From: Octopus sinensis
Lineage: Eukaryota
DNA: 64,000 nt
Direction of reading: 5' to 3'
NCBI RefSeq assembly: GCF_006345805.1
Contig: NC_043006.1
Span: 48,856,001-48,920,000, forward strand
The notes under the pieces were generated by a model. It saw only the letters and a program-made list of their open reading frames with translations. It had not been told where the DNA came from and did no database searches. Shown in pieces: positions 12,470 to 25,113 of the stretch (position 1 is the first letter of the stretch; the number at the start of each line of letters is the position of its first letter). The position numbers and the translations under genes were made by a program.

Positions 12470-12877
12470 TTTAGGCACAGGCCCAGAAATTTACAGGGAG
12501 GGGGTAAGTCAATTACTGGTATTTTATTTTATCAACTCTGGGAGGATGAAAAATCAAAACTGACCTAGGTGGGGTTTGAACTTAAAACTTACAGAACCGT
12601 AATTAAATACCGCAAGGCATTTCGTCCGACGCTCTAAAAATTGTGCTAATCTTACCAAAAATTGTGTCTGACATAGGCACAAGACCACAAATTTAAGGGG
12701 AGGGATTATTAAATCAAATCAAGTCCAGTATTTAACTGGCACTCAATGCTATCAACACCAGAGGGATAAAAGATAAAACAGAATTTGATGGGATTTGAAC
12801 TCAGTGGTTAAAGGATCCATACAAATACTATAGGGAATTTTGTCCCATGCTCTAATGACTCTGCTAACCTACTACCC

Positions 12878-12926
<49 letters not shown>

Positions 12927-13471
12927 TGATGATGATGATGATGATGGTTTCAAATTTTGGCACAAGGCCAGCAAGTTTGGAGGAGGGGGTAAGTCAATTA
13001 CATCGACCTAGTGTTCAACTGGCAAAGTCAACCTCGGTGGAATTTGAACTCAGAACGTAAAGACCAGATGAAACAGAACTAAGCATTTCACCCAGCATGC
13101 TAACAATTCTGGCAGCTTGAACGCCTTGCTAATAATAACAATAATAATAATAATAATAATAATAAAGTAATGTCTGTCTGAGGTCCCAGTAGATGCAATA
13201 TCTTCAATCAACAACATCAGGATATTGGATACTGTGTGATGTCTTAGATAATAATAATAATAATAATCTTTTCTAAGGCCTGAAATTTAAGGGGAGGGGG
13301 CTAGTCGATTTCATTGATCCCAGTACTTAACTGGTACTTATTTTATCGACCCCCAAAAGGATGAAAGGTAAAGTTGGCCTTTGTGGGCTTTGAACTCAGA
13401 ATGTAAAGACAGACGAAATGCTACTAAGCGTTTTGTCCGGTGCGCTAACGATTCAGCCAGCTCACCAACTT

Positions 13472-13502
<31 letters not shown>

Positions 13503-14014
13503 TAATAATAATAATTAATAATAATAATTTATTCTCTCCATTTGTTTGTCACTTTTAATGGTCGGATATATATTTCTATTGAAATACTGAAATTACAGGA
13601 AGAAAAAGAATTTTCATCACCCAAGATCTTGGTTTAAAAAATTGTGAATAAAATACTAAATTCTAAAGTTACAGTTTAATTTTTTTTTCTTCTTCTTCTT
13701 CTTCTTCTTTTCCAGAATCTACATCACTCCATAGACTGACATTATTAGCACAAATTTTCTTGTCACAGGAAATTAGTTGAATAAAAGAAATTTGAAGAGA
13801 TGAAGGAGGAAAAAAAAAAGTTTCACTGTTTTTGAAACATGAATTACAAGAAAAGTGTAAGTTAGCAGAAAAACTGCAATATGGCCATCTCTATGAACAT
13901 CATTCTCACTTATATGTTTATATATATATATATATATATTTTTCCCCTGCCAATAAATTAATCATTAGAAGTAATAACAATAATAACTATAGCAACTGAA
14001 ATAATTATAATATC

Positions 14015-14064
<50 letters not shown>

Positions 14065-14484
14065 GATGGTGATGACGATGCTAATGATGATGATGATGGT
14101 GATGGTAGTGGTGGTGGTGGTTTCTGATTTTGGCACAAAGCCAGTAACTTCAAGGGGGAGGTCTAAGTTGATTAGAACAACCCCAGTACTAAGACTTGGT
14201 GCTTTGTTTTTATCTACCTCGGAGGGGATGAAAGGCAAAGTTGACCTGGAAGGGATTTGGGATCAGAATATAAAGGGCCAATAGAAACGGTGCTAAGCAT
14301 TTTGTCCGACACTAACGATTCGTCCAGCTCAATGCAATAGTATCAACTCTGAATGGATGAAAGGCAAAGTCAACCTAGGCAGAATTTGAACTCAGAACAT
14401 AAAAGACAGATGAAATGTCGCTAAGCATTTTGTCTGGCATGCTAGTGCTTCTGCCAACACACCACCTTATATAATAATAATAAC

Positions 14485-14580
<96 letters not shown>

Positions 14581-15250
14581 CCTTTCTAATGAAGGCACAA
14601 GGCCTTGAAAGTTTAGGGGAAGGGACTAGTCAATCACATCGACCCCAGTGTTCCACTGGTACTTAATTTATGTGGAATTTGAACTCAGAATGTAGCGATG
14701 GACGAAATACCGCTAAGCATTTTGCCTGGCGTGCTAATGGTTCTACCAGCTCGCCACCTTAGTAGTAATAATAATAATAATAATAATAATTATAATGGTT
14801 TCAAATTTTGCCACAAGGACAACAACTTTGGGGAGGGTATGAGTCGATTACATCACACCCCGCCCCCACAGTTTTCAACTGGTATTTTGTCAATCCTAAA
14901 TGGATGAAAGGTGAAGTCGACCTTGGTGGAATTTGAACTCAGAACGTACCGAGAAGCAAAATACCATTGAGCATTTCATCTGGCGCACTAACAATTCTAC
15001 CAGCTTGCCACCTTAGTAATTATGATAATAATTCCTTTCTACTGGAAGCACAAGGCCTCAGATTTGGGGGAAGGGATTAAGTCGATTACATCGACCCCAG
15101 TGCGTAAGTGGTACTAATTTTATCAACCCTGAAAGAATGACAGGTAAAGTCGACCTCGGCAGGATTTGAACTCAGAACGTAGCGACAGGCGAAATACCAC
15201 TAAGCATTTTGTCCAGCATGCTAACAATTCTACCAGCTCACCACCTTAGT
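12470..15250 (-). mobile_element. cluster of about nine same-strand SINE family B copies separated by (AAT)n/(GAT)n
   Basis: Repeated ggatgaaaggcaaagtcgacctcggcggaatttgaactcagaacgt-type core in each copy. Confidence 0.88.
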
Positions 15251-15321
15251 AGTAGTAGTAATAATAATAATAATAATAATAATAATGACAATAGTCACGA
15301 CAATGACGACGACGATGATAT

Positions 15322-15354
<33 letters not shown>

Positions 15355-16019
15355 CAATAATACAATACTGAAGGGTAAAGTGATCCTATGACCAAGAGGA
15401 TTGAAGTCATGCAGAGAAAGAAAAAAAAAAGTTTGGATTAAAGTTTATATGATTTACAAGAATAACCATTTGCTAAGAGGGGCAATATTCTTCACAGCTG
15501 GGGCTCTTGCATTCCGTTCTGTACTGTATATAAACGTCCATTAGTAATAACACAGTAGTTTGGTACTTCCTGCTTTAGCTGTAGGTTGTAGTATTATCAT
15601 TAGTATTATTAATTGGTGAGTACTCTTTGTATTTTCTACACATTAAACCGGGAGGTATTTCTGTCCTGTACATATATTTTTTTTTTTAATAATTTTTTTT
15701 TATTTTAACACTAGGAGGTTTTTCACGGGGTTTCTATTTTAAACACAGTATTAGATTTATTTTTGTATATTCAATTGTGGTGAACTCATGGAGCTGGTGG
15801 GTAATTTTCGTGGGTTTTTTTTTTGTGTTTTAGGTGTTGTTGTTGTTGTTGTTGTTGTTGTATTTTGGTAAAGGATTAACGGGATGAGGTGTCTTTATAC
15901 AATTAAAGTATAAAGTGTCCACAACCCGTGTATGCAAACATGTGTGGGTGCAAATTGTATTTCATTCAAGAGATGTGTGCATGCTTGTGTCTGTGGAACA
16001 GAAGTGGAAGAATGCAAAT

Positions 16020-16031
16020 GCTATATACATG

Positions 16032-16087
<56 letters not shown>

Positions 16088-16128
16088 TACATACACATAT
16101 ATACATATATATACATACATATATATAC

Positions 16129-16170
<42 letters not shown>

Positions 16171-16885
16171 CATATACATATATACATATATGTATACATA
16201 CATATATATACACATATATATACACAGATATATATACACACACGCATATATATATATATATTTACACACATATATATATATATATACCACATATATATAC
16301 CCATATATACGTATATATACACATATATACATATATATATACACATACACACATATATAAATATATATATTTATATACATACACACAAACACACACATAT
16401 ATATATACATGTATATATTTGCTAATGGGAATTTGTGTACAAGTGTTCCTCTGAAAAATAAAATGTGTTTTGCAGACCTATTATATGGGTTTGTTTTTGT
16501 ATACTGATGTGGATGCGAATGTGTGTGCAAGTGTCTGTGTGTGTGTGTTTGTGTGTTTGTGAATGTTTCCTTAGCTGTGGTAGTGTGTAATATATTTCAT
16601 TTTTTTTTTTTCTGTGAATTATCATAATTGTTTTCTTTTCCTTTGAGTATATATATTCAATATATACAATATTCGTTATTACAGTCTTTTTACACTCTGT
16701 TCTTTCTGTTTACCTGTGCATGCCTACACACACACACACACAATATATATATACGCATATATATATGTACATGCATATATATATATGTATATATATATAT
16801 ACATATATTATATATATATATACACACATTCACACAAACACACACGTGTGTGTGTGGGTGTGTATATATATATATGCATATATAC

Positions 16886-16932
<47 letters not shown>

Positions 16933-16935
16933 TAC

Positions 16936-17013
<78 letters not shown>

Positions 17014-17067
17014 GTACATGCGTATATATATATGTACATGCATATATATATACATATATATATATAC

Positions 17068-17124
<57 letters not shown>

Positions 17125-17129
17125 GTACA

Positions 17130-17179
<50 letters not shown>

Positions 17180-17363
17180 ACATATATATATATACATATA
17201 TATATATATGTACATGCATATATATATATGTACATGCATATATATATATACATATATGTATATACATATATATATATATATATACATATATATATACATA
17301 TATATATACATATATATATACATATATATATACATATATATATACATATACATATATATATAT

Positions 17364-17395
<32 letters not shown>
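16020..17395. repeat. compound (TA)n/(CA)n microsatellite fields
   Basis: Two long degenerate dinucleotide blocks (about 16020-16415 and 16725-17395). Confidence 0.97.
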
Positions 17396-17396
<1 letters not shown>

Positions 17397-17984
17397 CTGC
17401 TGTCATATTAGTGAGTTGTCTTTCCCTTGTTACTCACTGATAATTTCTCTTTAAAAATTACAACAATCGTTACATGTTTACTCGTCAGAATTTTCAAACA
17501 TGGTCTCTCGCAATAGTCAACAGCTTACACTCATTTCCATTTCCATCAACAACCAGTCGACTCACTAACTAACTAACTAAATAACCGCACTCACCAAACA
17601 CAAAAAGACACCACCACTACCGCCACTGCCACCACCGCCACAACCACACCCTTCATACCAAATTTAAACCTCTCCCTCACAGCCAACCCAACCCAGTGCA
17701 GCCCTGCACAGCACAGCCCGACCCCAACCCGTAACCTATGTCTCCATATGCATGTATCTTACCAGCTACACAACCAGCCAGTCTGCTAACCAACCAACCA
17801 ACCAGCCAACCAACTGACCGACCGACCAGCCGACTGACCAACCAACTAGCCGACACAACACTTCACCGTCTTCATCAACAAGGTATATCTTCATACATAA
17901 TATCGCTTACCTCAACCAGCACCACCACCGCCGCCACCAATACTTTCACAGTCCTCCACCTGAGCCTCCATTCCTAAACCACCC

Positions 17985-18175
17985 ACCCACCCATCCGACC
18001 ACTCTCCATCCATCCGTCCATCCATCCGTCCGTCCATCCATCCATCCGTCCGTCCATCCATCCATCCATCCATCCATCCATCCATCCATCCATCCATCCA
18101 TCCATCCATCCATCCATCCATCCATCCATCCATCCATCCATCCATCCATCCATCCATCCATCCATCCATCCATCC
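17985..18175. repeat. (CCAT)n tetranucleotide microsatellite
   Basis: Direct reading of the sequence. Confidence 0.97.
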
Positions 18176-18186
18176 TCCTATTCAGT

Positions 18187-18192
18187 TTTATT
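18187..18192 (-). promoter_or_regulatory. candidate proximal polyadenylation signal AATAAA of ATOSA
   Basis: First AATAAA on the minus strand, about 110 nt after the stop; followed by a (TGGA)n tract. Confidence 0.35.
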
Positions 18193-18301
18193 GATTCAGT
18201 GTTATCAATGGAGATATTGAACAGCCTTTCTTGAATAAATATTGTAGAAAAAAAAAAACAAATAATTTTTTATAAATAATGGCATCTATATATAGTTATT
18301 A

Positions 18302-18458
18302 TCATCTCTTCGATGAAAATTTGGGGTTCCTTGGTCCTTCTGTAAAAGATCGAAGTTCATAATTGGCAACGCGTGCGTCATATTCAAATCGGTCACGGGC
18401 AAAAATTAAGCGCACGTCGGTATGTAGGTAGAGTTTCCCAGATTTGCTACTTGAGATC
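18302..18458 (-). CDS. ATOSA: ATOSA last coding exon ISSSKSGKLYLHTDVRLIFARDRFEYDARVANYELRSFTEGPRNPKFSSKR-stop
   Basis: ctttcttacag|G acceptor; TGA stop ending at 18302; matches the FAM214A C-terminus SSKSGKIYLHRDVRL...YELKSYTESPTNPQFS. Confidence 0.97.
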
Positions 18459-18835
18459 CTGTAAGAAAGAAAAAGAATCAAATATATAGTTATATATATG
18501 CAGACATATTTACAAAAACACACATCATCATCATCATCATCATCATTATCAACAACAACAACAACAACATCATTTAATGTCCACTTTTCCAAAATTCATT
18601 AATGTAAATTTTTGATAGCCACGGGCGAAGGGGTGACTTTGTGGTAAGAAGCAAGCTCCTTACCACATGATTCTGGAATGTTCGTACTGGAGTTTCCAGT
18701 GTGAATGCCAAGCAGTACAGCATGTCGTTTCCAAATTTCTGGCAGAGTGAATTACATCATGGTGCTGTTTTTCTCAGAGAGTGCCCAACTGACCCTACAA
18801 TACTGTGTAGTCGACAAAATCAAAGACAAACAATG

Positions 18836-18959
<124 letters not shown>

Positions 18960-18960
<1 letters not shown>

Positions 18961-20997
18961 ATAGAGGTATCAAGCTGTTGGACCAGGTGATGAAGGTTAC
19001 GGAGAGGGTCATAGCCCAACTAATTAGAGAGAGAGTTAGTTTAGATGAGATGCAGTTTGGGTTTGTGCCAGGGAAAAGTACTACTGATGCTATATTCCTG
19101 GTAAGGCAGCTGCAGGAGAAATACCTAGCCAAAGATAAGCCCCTGTACCTGGCTTTTGTTGACATGGAGAAAGCCTTCGACAGGGTCCCCCGATCCCTTA
19201 TCTGGTGGGCAATGAGAAAACTAGGGATAGATGAATGGTTAGTGAGAGCTGTGCGGGCCATGTATAGGGACGCCGCTAGTAGGGTGAGGGTTGGAAATGA
19301 GTACAGTGAAGAATTCCGGGTAGAGGTAGGGGTCCACCAAGGCTCAGTACTCAGCCCCCTCCTATTTATCATAGTCCTCCAGGCAATAACGGAGGAATTC
19401 AAGACAGGATGCCCTTGGGAGCTCCTCTATGCTGATGACCTTGCTCTAATTGCTGAGTCGCTATCAGAACTGGAGGAGAAGTTTCAGGTGTGGAAACAAG
19501 GATTAGAATCGAAGGGCCTCAGAGTCAATCTAGCTAAAACCAAAGTCGTAATCAGTAGGAAGGTAGACAAATCACAAACACCTTCAGGTAGATGGCCCTG
19601 CTCGATCTGTAGAAAAGGTGTAGGTAGAAACTCTATAAGATGCACCAAGTGTAAGCTATGGACACATAAGAGATGCAGCAATGTCAAAGGAAGGCTAACT
19701 AGGAAGATGGTTTTTGTATGTGGCAGATGCTCAGGAACAATAAACACTGAAAATGCTCTGAGACCAACTTCCGTCACTTTCCAGGGAGAAAAACTAGAAA
19801 TAGTTGATAGTTTCCGTTACCTAGGTGACCAAGTCAGCAGCGGGGGCGGGTGTGCTGAAAGTGTAACTGCTAGAGTAAGAATAGCTTGGGCAAAGTTCAG
19901 AGAGCTCTTACCTCTGCTGGTGACAAAAGGCCTCTCGCACAGAGTGAAAGGCAGACTGTATGATGTGTGTGTACGAACAGCCATGCTACATGGCAGTGAA
20001 ACATGGGCCGTGACTGCTGAGGATATGCGTAAGCTCGCTAGAAATGAAGCCAGTATGCTCCGATGGATGTGTAATGCCGGTACTCACACTCGGCAGAGTG
20101 TAAGTACCTTGAGAGAAAAGCTGGACCTAAGAAGCATCAGTTGTGGTGTGCAAGAGAGACGTTTGAGCTGGTATGGTCATGTGGCGAGAATGGATGAAGA
20201 TAGTTGTGTGAAAAAGTGCCACACCCTAGCGGTTGAGGGAACCTGTGGAAGAGGCAGACCCAGGAAAACCTGGGACGAGGTGGTGAAGCACGACCTTCGA
20301 ACTTTAGGTCTCACTGAGGAAATGACTAGAGACCGAGACCTCTGGAAGTGTGCTGTGCGCGAGAAGACCCGGCAGGACAAGTGAGTCCACAACCCGTGGC
20401 CTTCTACATGGGATGGAGCCAGCCTACGTATGCATACCTTCCCTTCTTGGGACACAAAACTCTACTTGTGAAGACGTGTTGAGGCAAGTGAGGATCAGAA
20501 TCGAAATCGATCAATGGAAATTGCGGATGTGCTACCAGTGCCGGTGGCATGTCGAAACTCTGCTTGTGAAGACCATTGAGGCAAGTGAGGATCAGAATCG
20601 AAATCGATCAATGGAAATCGATCAATGGAAATTGCAGATGTGTTACCAGTGCCGGTGGCATGTAAGAGAACTTTCCGTTTCGCGACCGTTGCCAGCACCG
20701 CCCGTTTCGTGTCCGTTGCCAGCGTCGCCTGGCCCTCATGCCGGTGGCACATAAAAAGCACCATCCGTTCGTGGCCATTTGCCAGCTCTGTCTGGCACCA
20801 GTGCGGGTGGCACGTAAAAAGCACCCACTACACTCACGGAGTGGTTGGCGTTAGGAAGGGCATCCAGCCGTAGAAACACTGCCAGATTTGACTGGGCCTG
20901 ATGAAGCCTTCTGGCTTCACAGACCCCAGTAGAACCGTCCAACCCATGCTAGCATGGAAAACGGACGCTAAATGATGATGATGATGATGATGATGAT
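18960..20997 (+). mobile_element. RTE-clade LINE, 5'-truncated, open RT plus PHD-like finger frame to the stop at 20384, about 600-nt 3' UTR, (ATG)n tail; antisense in the last ATOSA intron
   Basis: YRGIKL, QFGFVPGKSTTDAIF, FVDMEKAFDRV, GVHQGSVLSP, LLYADDL, FRYLG, RGRPRKTW motifs; tail gctaaatgatgatg. Confidence 0.95.
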
Positions 20998-21098
20998 ATT
21001 CATTCAGTCAATAAATGTGTGTAAATATATCTTGTACACACACACAAAGCTTCTGGTTGACAAGTAACATGTAAATAAAGGATGCCTAACACACTTAC

Positions 21099-21265
21099 CG
21101 TAAATGAATCAAATATCGGAGATAAGAATGTTCATCACTAGTTGGATCGGCAGGCATATACATAGTTCTTTGACGCATGAACGTCTGAGAATTCGAGGGC
21201 ATATCTTGCAAGTCGTACATCACCACAAACATTTTCACCACCGTCTTGTTTGGGTTAAACAGCGT
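21099..21265 (-). CDS. ATOSA: ATOSA exon TLFNPNKTVVKMFVVMYDLQDMPSNSQTFMRQRT...YLRYLIHL(R)
   Basis: ttttgcag| acceptor, CG|gtaagt donor; 167 nt, phase 0/2; nearly identical to the FAM214A motif. Confidence 0.97.
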
Positions 21266-21519
21266 CTGCAAAATAAGGGAGAAAAAAAGGAATCATTGGA
21301 AAATCAAGGAATTCTATAGCAAGTAATAATAATAATAATAATGGTTTTTTGATGTTTTTGACATAATTAGGGAAGGAGAATATAGTTAAATATAGCAAGA
21401 CCTCCAGCCTGTCACTGGTATGCGAAAAGATAAGCAAAGTCAACCCTGAAAGAATTTGAATTCAAATCCTAAAGAAACAAAAGACTAGCATTGATTTAGA
21501 ACCCTTAAAACAATAGCAC

Positions 21520-21990
21520 TAATAATATTTTCATATTTTGGCACAAGGCCAGCAATATCAAGGGGTAGTTGCGGGGGGGGGTAAGTAGATTATATCAATC
21601 CCAGTGCTCAATTGGTATTTTTATTGACCCCAAGGCGGCGAGCTGGCAGAAACATTAGCACACCGGGCGAAATGCTTAACGGTATTTCATCTGCCATTAC
21701 GTTCTGAGTTCAAATTCCGCCGAGGTCGACTTTGCCTTTCATCCTTTCAGGGTCAATAAATTAAGTACCAGTTGCGCACTGGGGTTGATGTAATCGACTT
21801 AATCCCTTTGTCTGTCCTTGTTTAGCCCCTTGTGGGCAATAAAGAAATAGGTATTTTTATTGACCCCGAAAGGATGAAAGGCAAAGTTGACCTTAGCAAA
21901 ATTTGAACTCAGAATGTAGAGGTAGATGAAATGCCACTAAGTATTTTGCGCATCATGCTAACAAGTCTGCCAGCTCTGCTGCCTCAACCT
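21520..21990. mobile_element. plus-strand family B SINE nested in a minus-strand family B SINE
   Basis: TSD ggtattt(t)tattgacccc on both sides of the inner copy (about 21633-21850). Confidence 0.8.
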
Positions 21991-22667
21991 TTTCGATACC
22001 AACCCGGCTGAAAGTGGCTCTGGCTTTGCAGTACAAATATCTTTGGTCCATAAGCTTTGAATTAAAATCTTCCACCAAACCTTAGTCACAATTTATGTTT
22101 CTAATACTAGCTTAATGATAACTAAGTTATTTTACTAAATTCTTTGTCATATTTAAAATTAATTGAAAGAAATATTGTAATGAAAGGGTCAAAATATATA
22201 GAGAAACAATTCCTAACCCTTTTGATACCAACCCAGCTGAAACCGCCTCTGGCTCTGTAGTACAAATACCTTGTTTTCATAAGCTTTGAATTAAAATCTT
22301 CCACCAAACCTTAGTCACAATTTATGTTCCTAATATTAGCTTAATGATAACTTATTTTACTAAATTCTTTGTTATATTTAAAATTAATTGAAAGAAATAT
22401 CGTAATGAAAGGGTCAAAATATATAGAGAAGCAATTCTTATCCCTTTTGATACCAACCTGGCTGAAACCGCCTCTGGCTCTGTAGTACAAATGTCTTGTT
22501 TTCATAAGCTTTGAATTAAAATCTTCCACCAAACCTTAGTCACAATTTATTTTCCTAGCACTAGCTTAATAATAACTAAATTATTTTACTAAATTCTTTG
22601 TTATATTTAAAATTAATTGAAAGAAACACAGAGCATCTCAAAATAAATACAGTAATAAATGGGTTAA
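21986..22667. mobile_element. second piggyBac-type MITE family, tandemly triplicated (about 225-bp period); relative at about 46960-47145
   Basis: Three units begin accctttt/gataccaacc; the last ends gggTTAA. Confidence 0.7.
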
Positions 22668-23170
22668 TGATAATAATAATCCTTTTCATTGTAGGCATAA
22701 GATCTGAAATTTTGTGGAAGAGAACTAGCTGAATACATTGACTGCAATGTTCAACTGTTATTGACTGTGAAAAAGTGAAAGGCAAAGTCAATCTTGGTGG
22801 AATTTGATCTCAGAACGTATAAAAGTGGATGAAATGCTGGTAAGCATTTTGCACAGCATTCAAATGGAAAATTAATTATAGAGATATTAACAGGGGCCCC
22901 TTTAACTCAGAGTAGCTTAAAGCTTGGAGTTAAAAATTAAACATATATTTACAACAATCAAATAAATAATTTGTATATTCTTTTTTATGTGTTTAAATTC
23001 TTTTTAATCTAATTTAACCCTAACCCTAATTTTAAAAATAATTGCACCCTCTTTTGATTTATTGGGTCCTTTTACATTCAACAAAAAATATCTAATTCAA
23101 CTGTGTTCGTCAGAATCTCTTGAGGCCTTTTTAAGTTTTGGGGCCTCTTCAAAATGTTTCATGCCCCCTA

Positions 23171-23543
23171 GATTATTACCTCCGCCTTAGCAAAGGTGGA
23201 GGTATTGTTTTCAGTCGTGTTTGTTTGTTTGTCCATGGACAAGATATCTCAAGAACCACTGGATGGATTCACATGAAACTTTCAGGAATGTTTGGCCTTG
23301 TAGCTGGCACAAACTGATCAGATTTTGGGATCAATCCGATATTGGACAAGGATCTGGGATTATTTTTCCGTTTTTTTTTTACTTAATTTTTGAGAGCGGT
23401 CGGGTTCGTTTTTAGTATTCTCATTTGTGAGAGCAGTTGAGTTTATTTCAGATATTCTCATTTTAAAAAACATCTCTGGTTAATCGTTGAGAGGGCGCTG
23501 GTGTTGCCTTGGCAGAGGTTTGCGCTCTCTGAGTGCACTTGTT
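23171..23543 (+). mobile_element. non-autonomous Helentron/HINE-like element; second partial copy at about 42787-43065 (-)
   Basis: 5' attacctccgcc hairpin, (gttt)n microsatellite, 3' ggcagaggtttgcgctctctgagtgc subterminal inverted repeat; the 42.8-kb copy is its reverse complement. Confidence 0.7.
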
Positions 23544-23787
23544 TACAATGTAATATTTGTTTTTACAATGCACATTCCTATTGGCAACATCTAAACAGTT
23601 GACAATTACACATGCAAAATTGTAGGGGCGCCCAAAACCTATTGGCCCACGGGCCCCACTAGGTTTAAATCCAGCCCTGGTTCTATCCTGGTAACTGAGA
23701 ATGTACAGCAAATCATATACCATCAGTAGTATAATTATTTGTAAAGTTGGCCACAGGGAAAAGAAATATTTAATTATTTCAACTTAC

Positions 23788-23856
23788 AACTTGGACGGTT
23801 CCAACTTTTGGTACATGATATCCCTTTTTGGAATAAGATTCTAAATTTATGTGTCC
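23788..23856 (-). CDS. ATOSA: ATOSA exon GHINLESYSKKGYHVPKVGTVQV
   Basis: ctttgcag| acceptor, |gtaagt donor; 69 nt, phase 0/0; matches KRGYRVPPSGTIQV. Confidence 0.95.
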
Positions 23857-24929
23857 CTGCAAAGAAAATGATTATGAAAGAAATTAAAAGACAAAATCCA
23901 AATTTAAAATGTTGATAAATAAATGGAAGAATCTTAAGAAAAAAAAAGTGCAAAGAAAAATATTTTTATAATTTTAAAAAGTTAGTCATGGGTGAAGTGG
24001 TAGTGCCCATGTCTTATGCATTTTTTTGCAGTTGATGGTCAGCGTGAACAACAACAATGACATCAGTGATGAAGATGCTGCCACCGTCATTGTAGCCCCT
24101 GCTTTATCATCATCATCATCAACTTCAAACACCAATTTTTCGTGTGTACATGGGTCAGAGAAAACTTATTGAGACAGATTTTCTGCGGCTGGATGCCCTT
24201 CCTGTCACCAATCACTCCCTTATTTCTAAGCAAAGTAATATTTTCCCATAGCAAGACATGATTTACATGGAAGACTGGAAACAGAACCTTGCTTGAATGA
24301 TGATGATGATGATAATGATGATGCTCATTTACAACCATCAAGTGATGTCTAGACAAAGATGCACACACACACACATATACATATACAATGGGCTTCTTTC
24401 AGTTTCCATCCACCAAATCCACTTGCAAGTCTTTGGTTGGCCCAAGGCTGCAGTAGTAGTAGAAGACACATGGTGGAACAAGTGTTCCACCATGGTTGTT
24501 GGTGAACTGGTCATCTTCTATTTCTGCTTTACCTGTTAATATGTTTAAAATTTACCTGACAATGGGGGCAGGTTTTTGCCATGATCTAAGAATGCATCAA
24601 TAAAATGCTGCTGAAACAGATGCTGTAAATTTTGAACCCCCACTTGTGCTCTTGGTCGGCCCGAGGCTATAGTAGAAAACACTTGCCCAAGGTGCCACGC
24701 AGTGGGAATGAACCCGGAACCACGTGGTTGATAAGCAAGCTACTTACCACACAGCCACTCCTGCACCTAGTAAAATAGGAATCAAAGGGGTCCGTAGGTA
24801 AAAAATGGTTGAGAACCACTGGACTAAATCTTTCGAGACGGTGCCCCAGTATGGCCACAGTCCGATGACTGAAACAAGTTAAAGATAAAAGATAAAGAAG
24901 AAAGAATGGTTTTAATTTTTTTAACTCAC

Positions 24930-25088
24930 CAAATAAGGGGAAGGTGCATTGTCATCAGAAAGACTGAAGAAATATGAGGTTACAGGTAAACAGATGTGTT
25001 TTGGACAGAATGTTCCACTGGCACCAATCTCTGCAACGAATCCTTCTACCACACCACTTGGTTCAATACGACCGTTTAAAATGGATTC
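24930..25088 (-). CDS. ATOSA: ATOSA exon ESILNGRIEPSGVVEGFVAEIGASGTFCPKHICLPVTSYFFSLSDDNAPSPYL (DUF4210 region)
   Basis: ttgcag| acceptor, |gtgagt donor; 159 nt, phase 0/0; strongly conserved motifs. Confidence 0.96.
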
Positions 25089-25113
25089 CTGCAAATTCAA
25101 AAAATTTCATATA

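Noticed and set aside
15915-17454. Many long ORFs (up to 270 aa) rich in Y/I/H/T
   Set aside because: Translations of (TA)n/(CA)n microsatellites, which lack stop codons in several frames. The same applies to 37935-38831 and 40211-40799.
17912-18173. (MDGW)n ORFs
   Set aside because: Translation of the (CCAT)n microsatellite.
20895-20930. CTGATGA followed by an agcc/ggct stem as a hammerhead
   Set aside because: No GAAA follows, and other copies of this UTR read ctggtgcag at that position.
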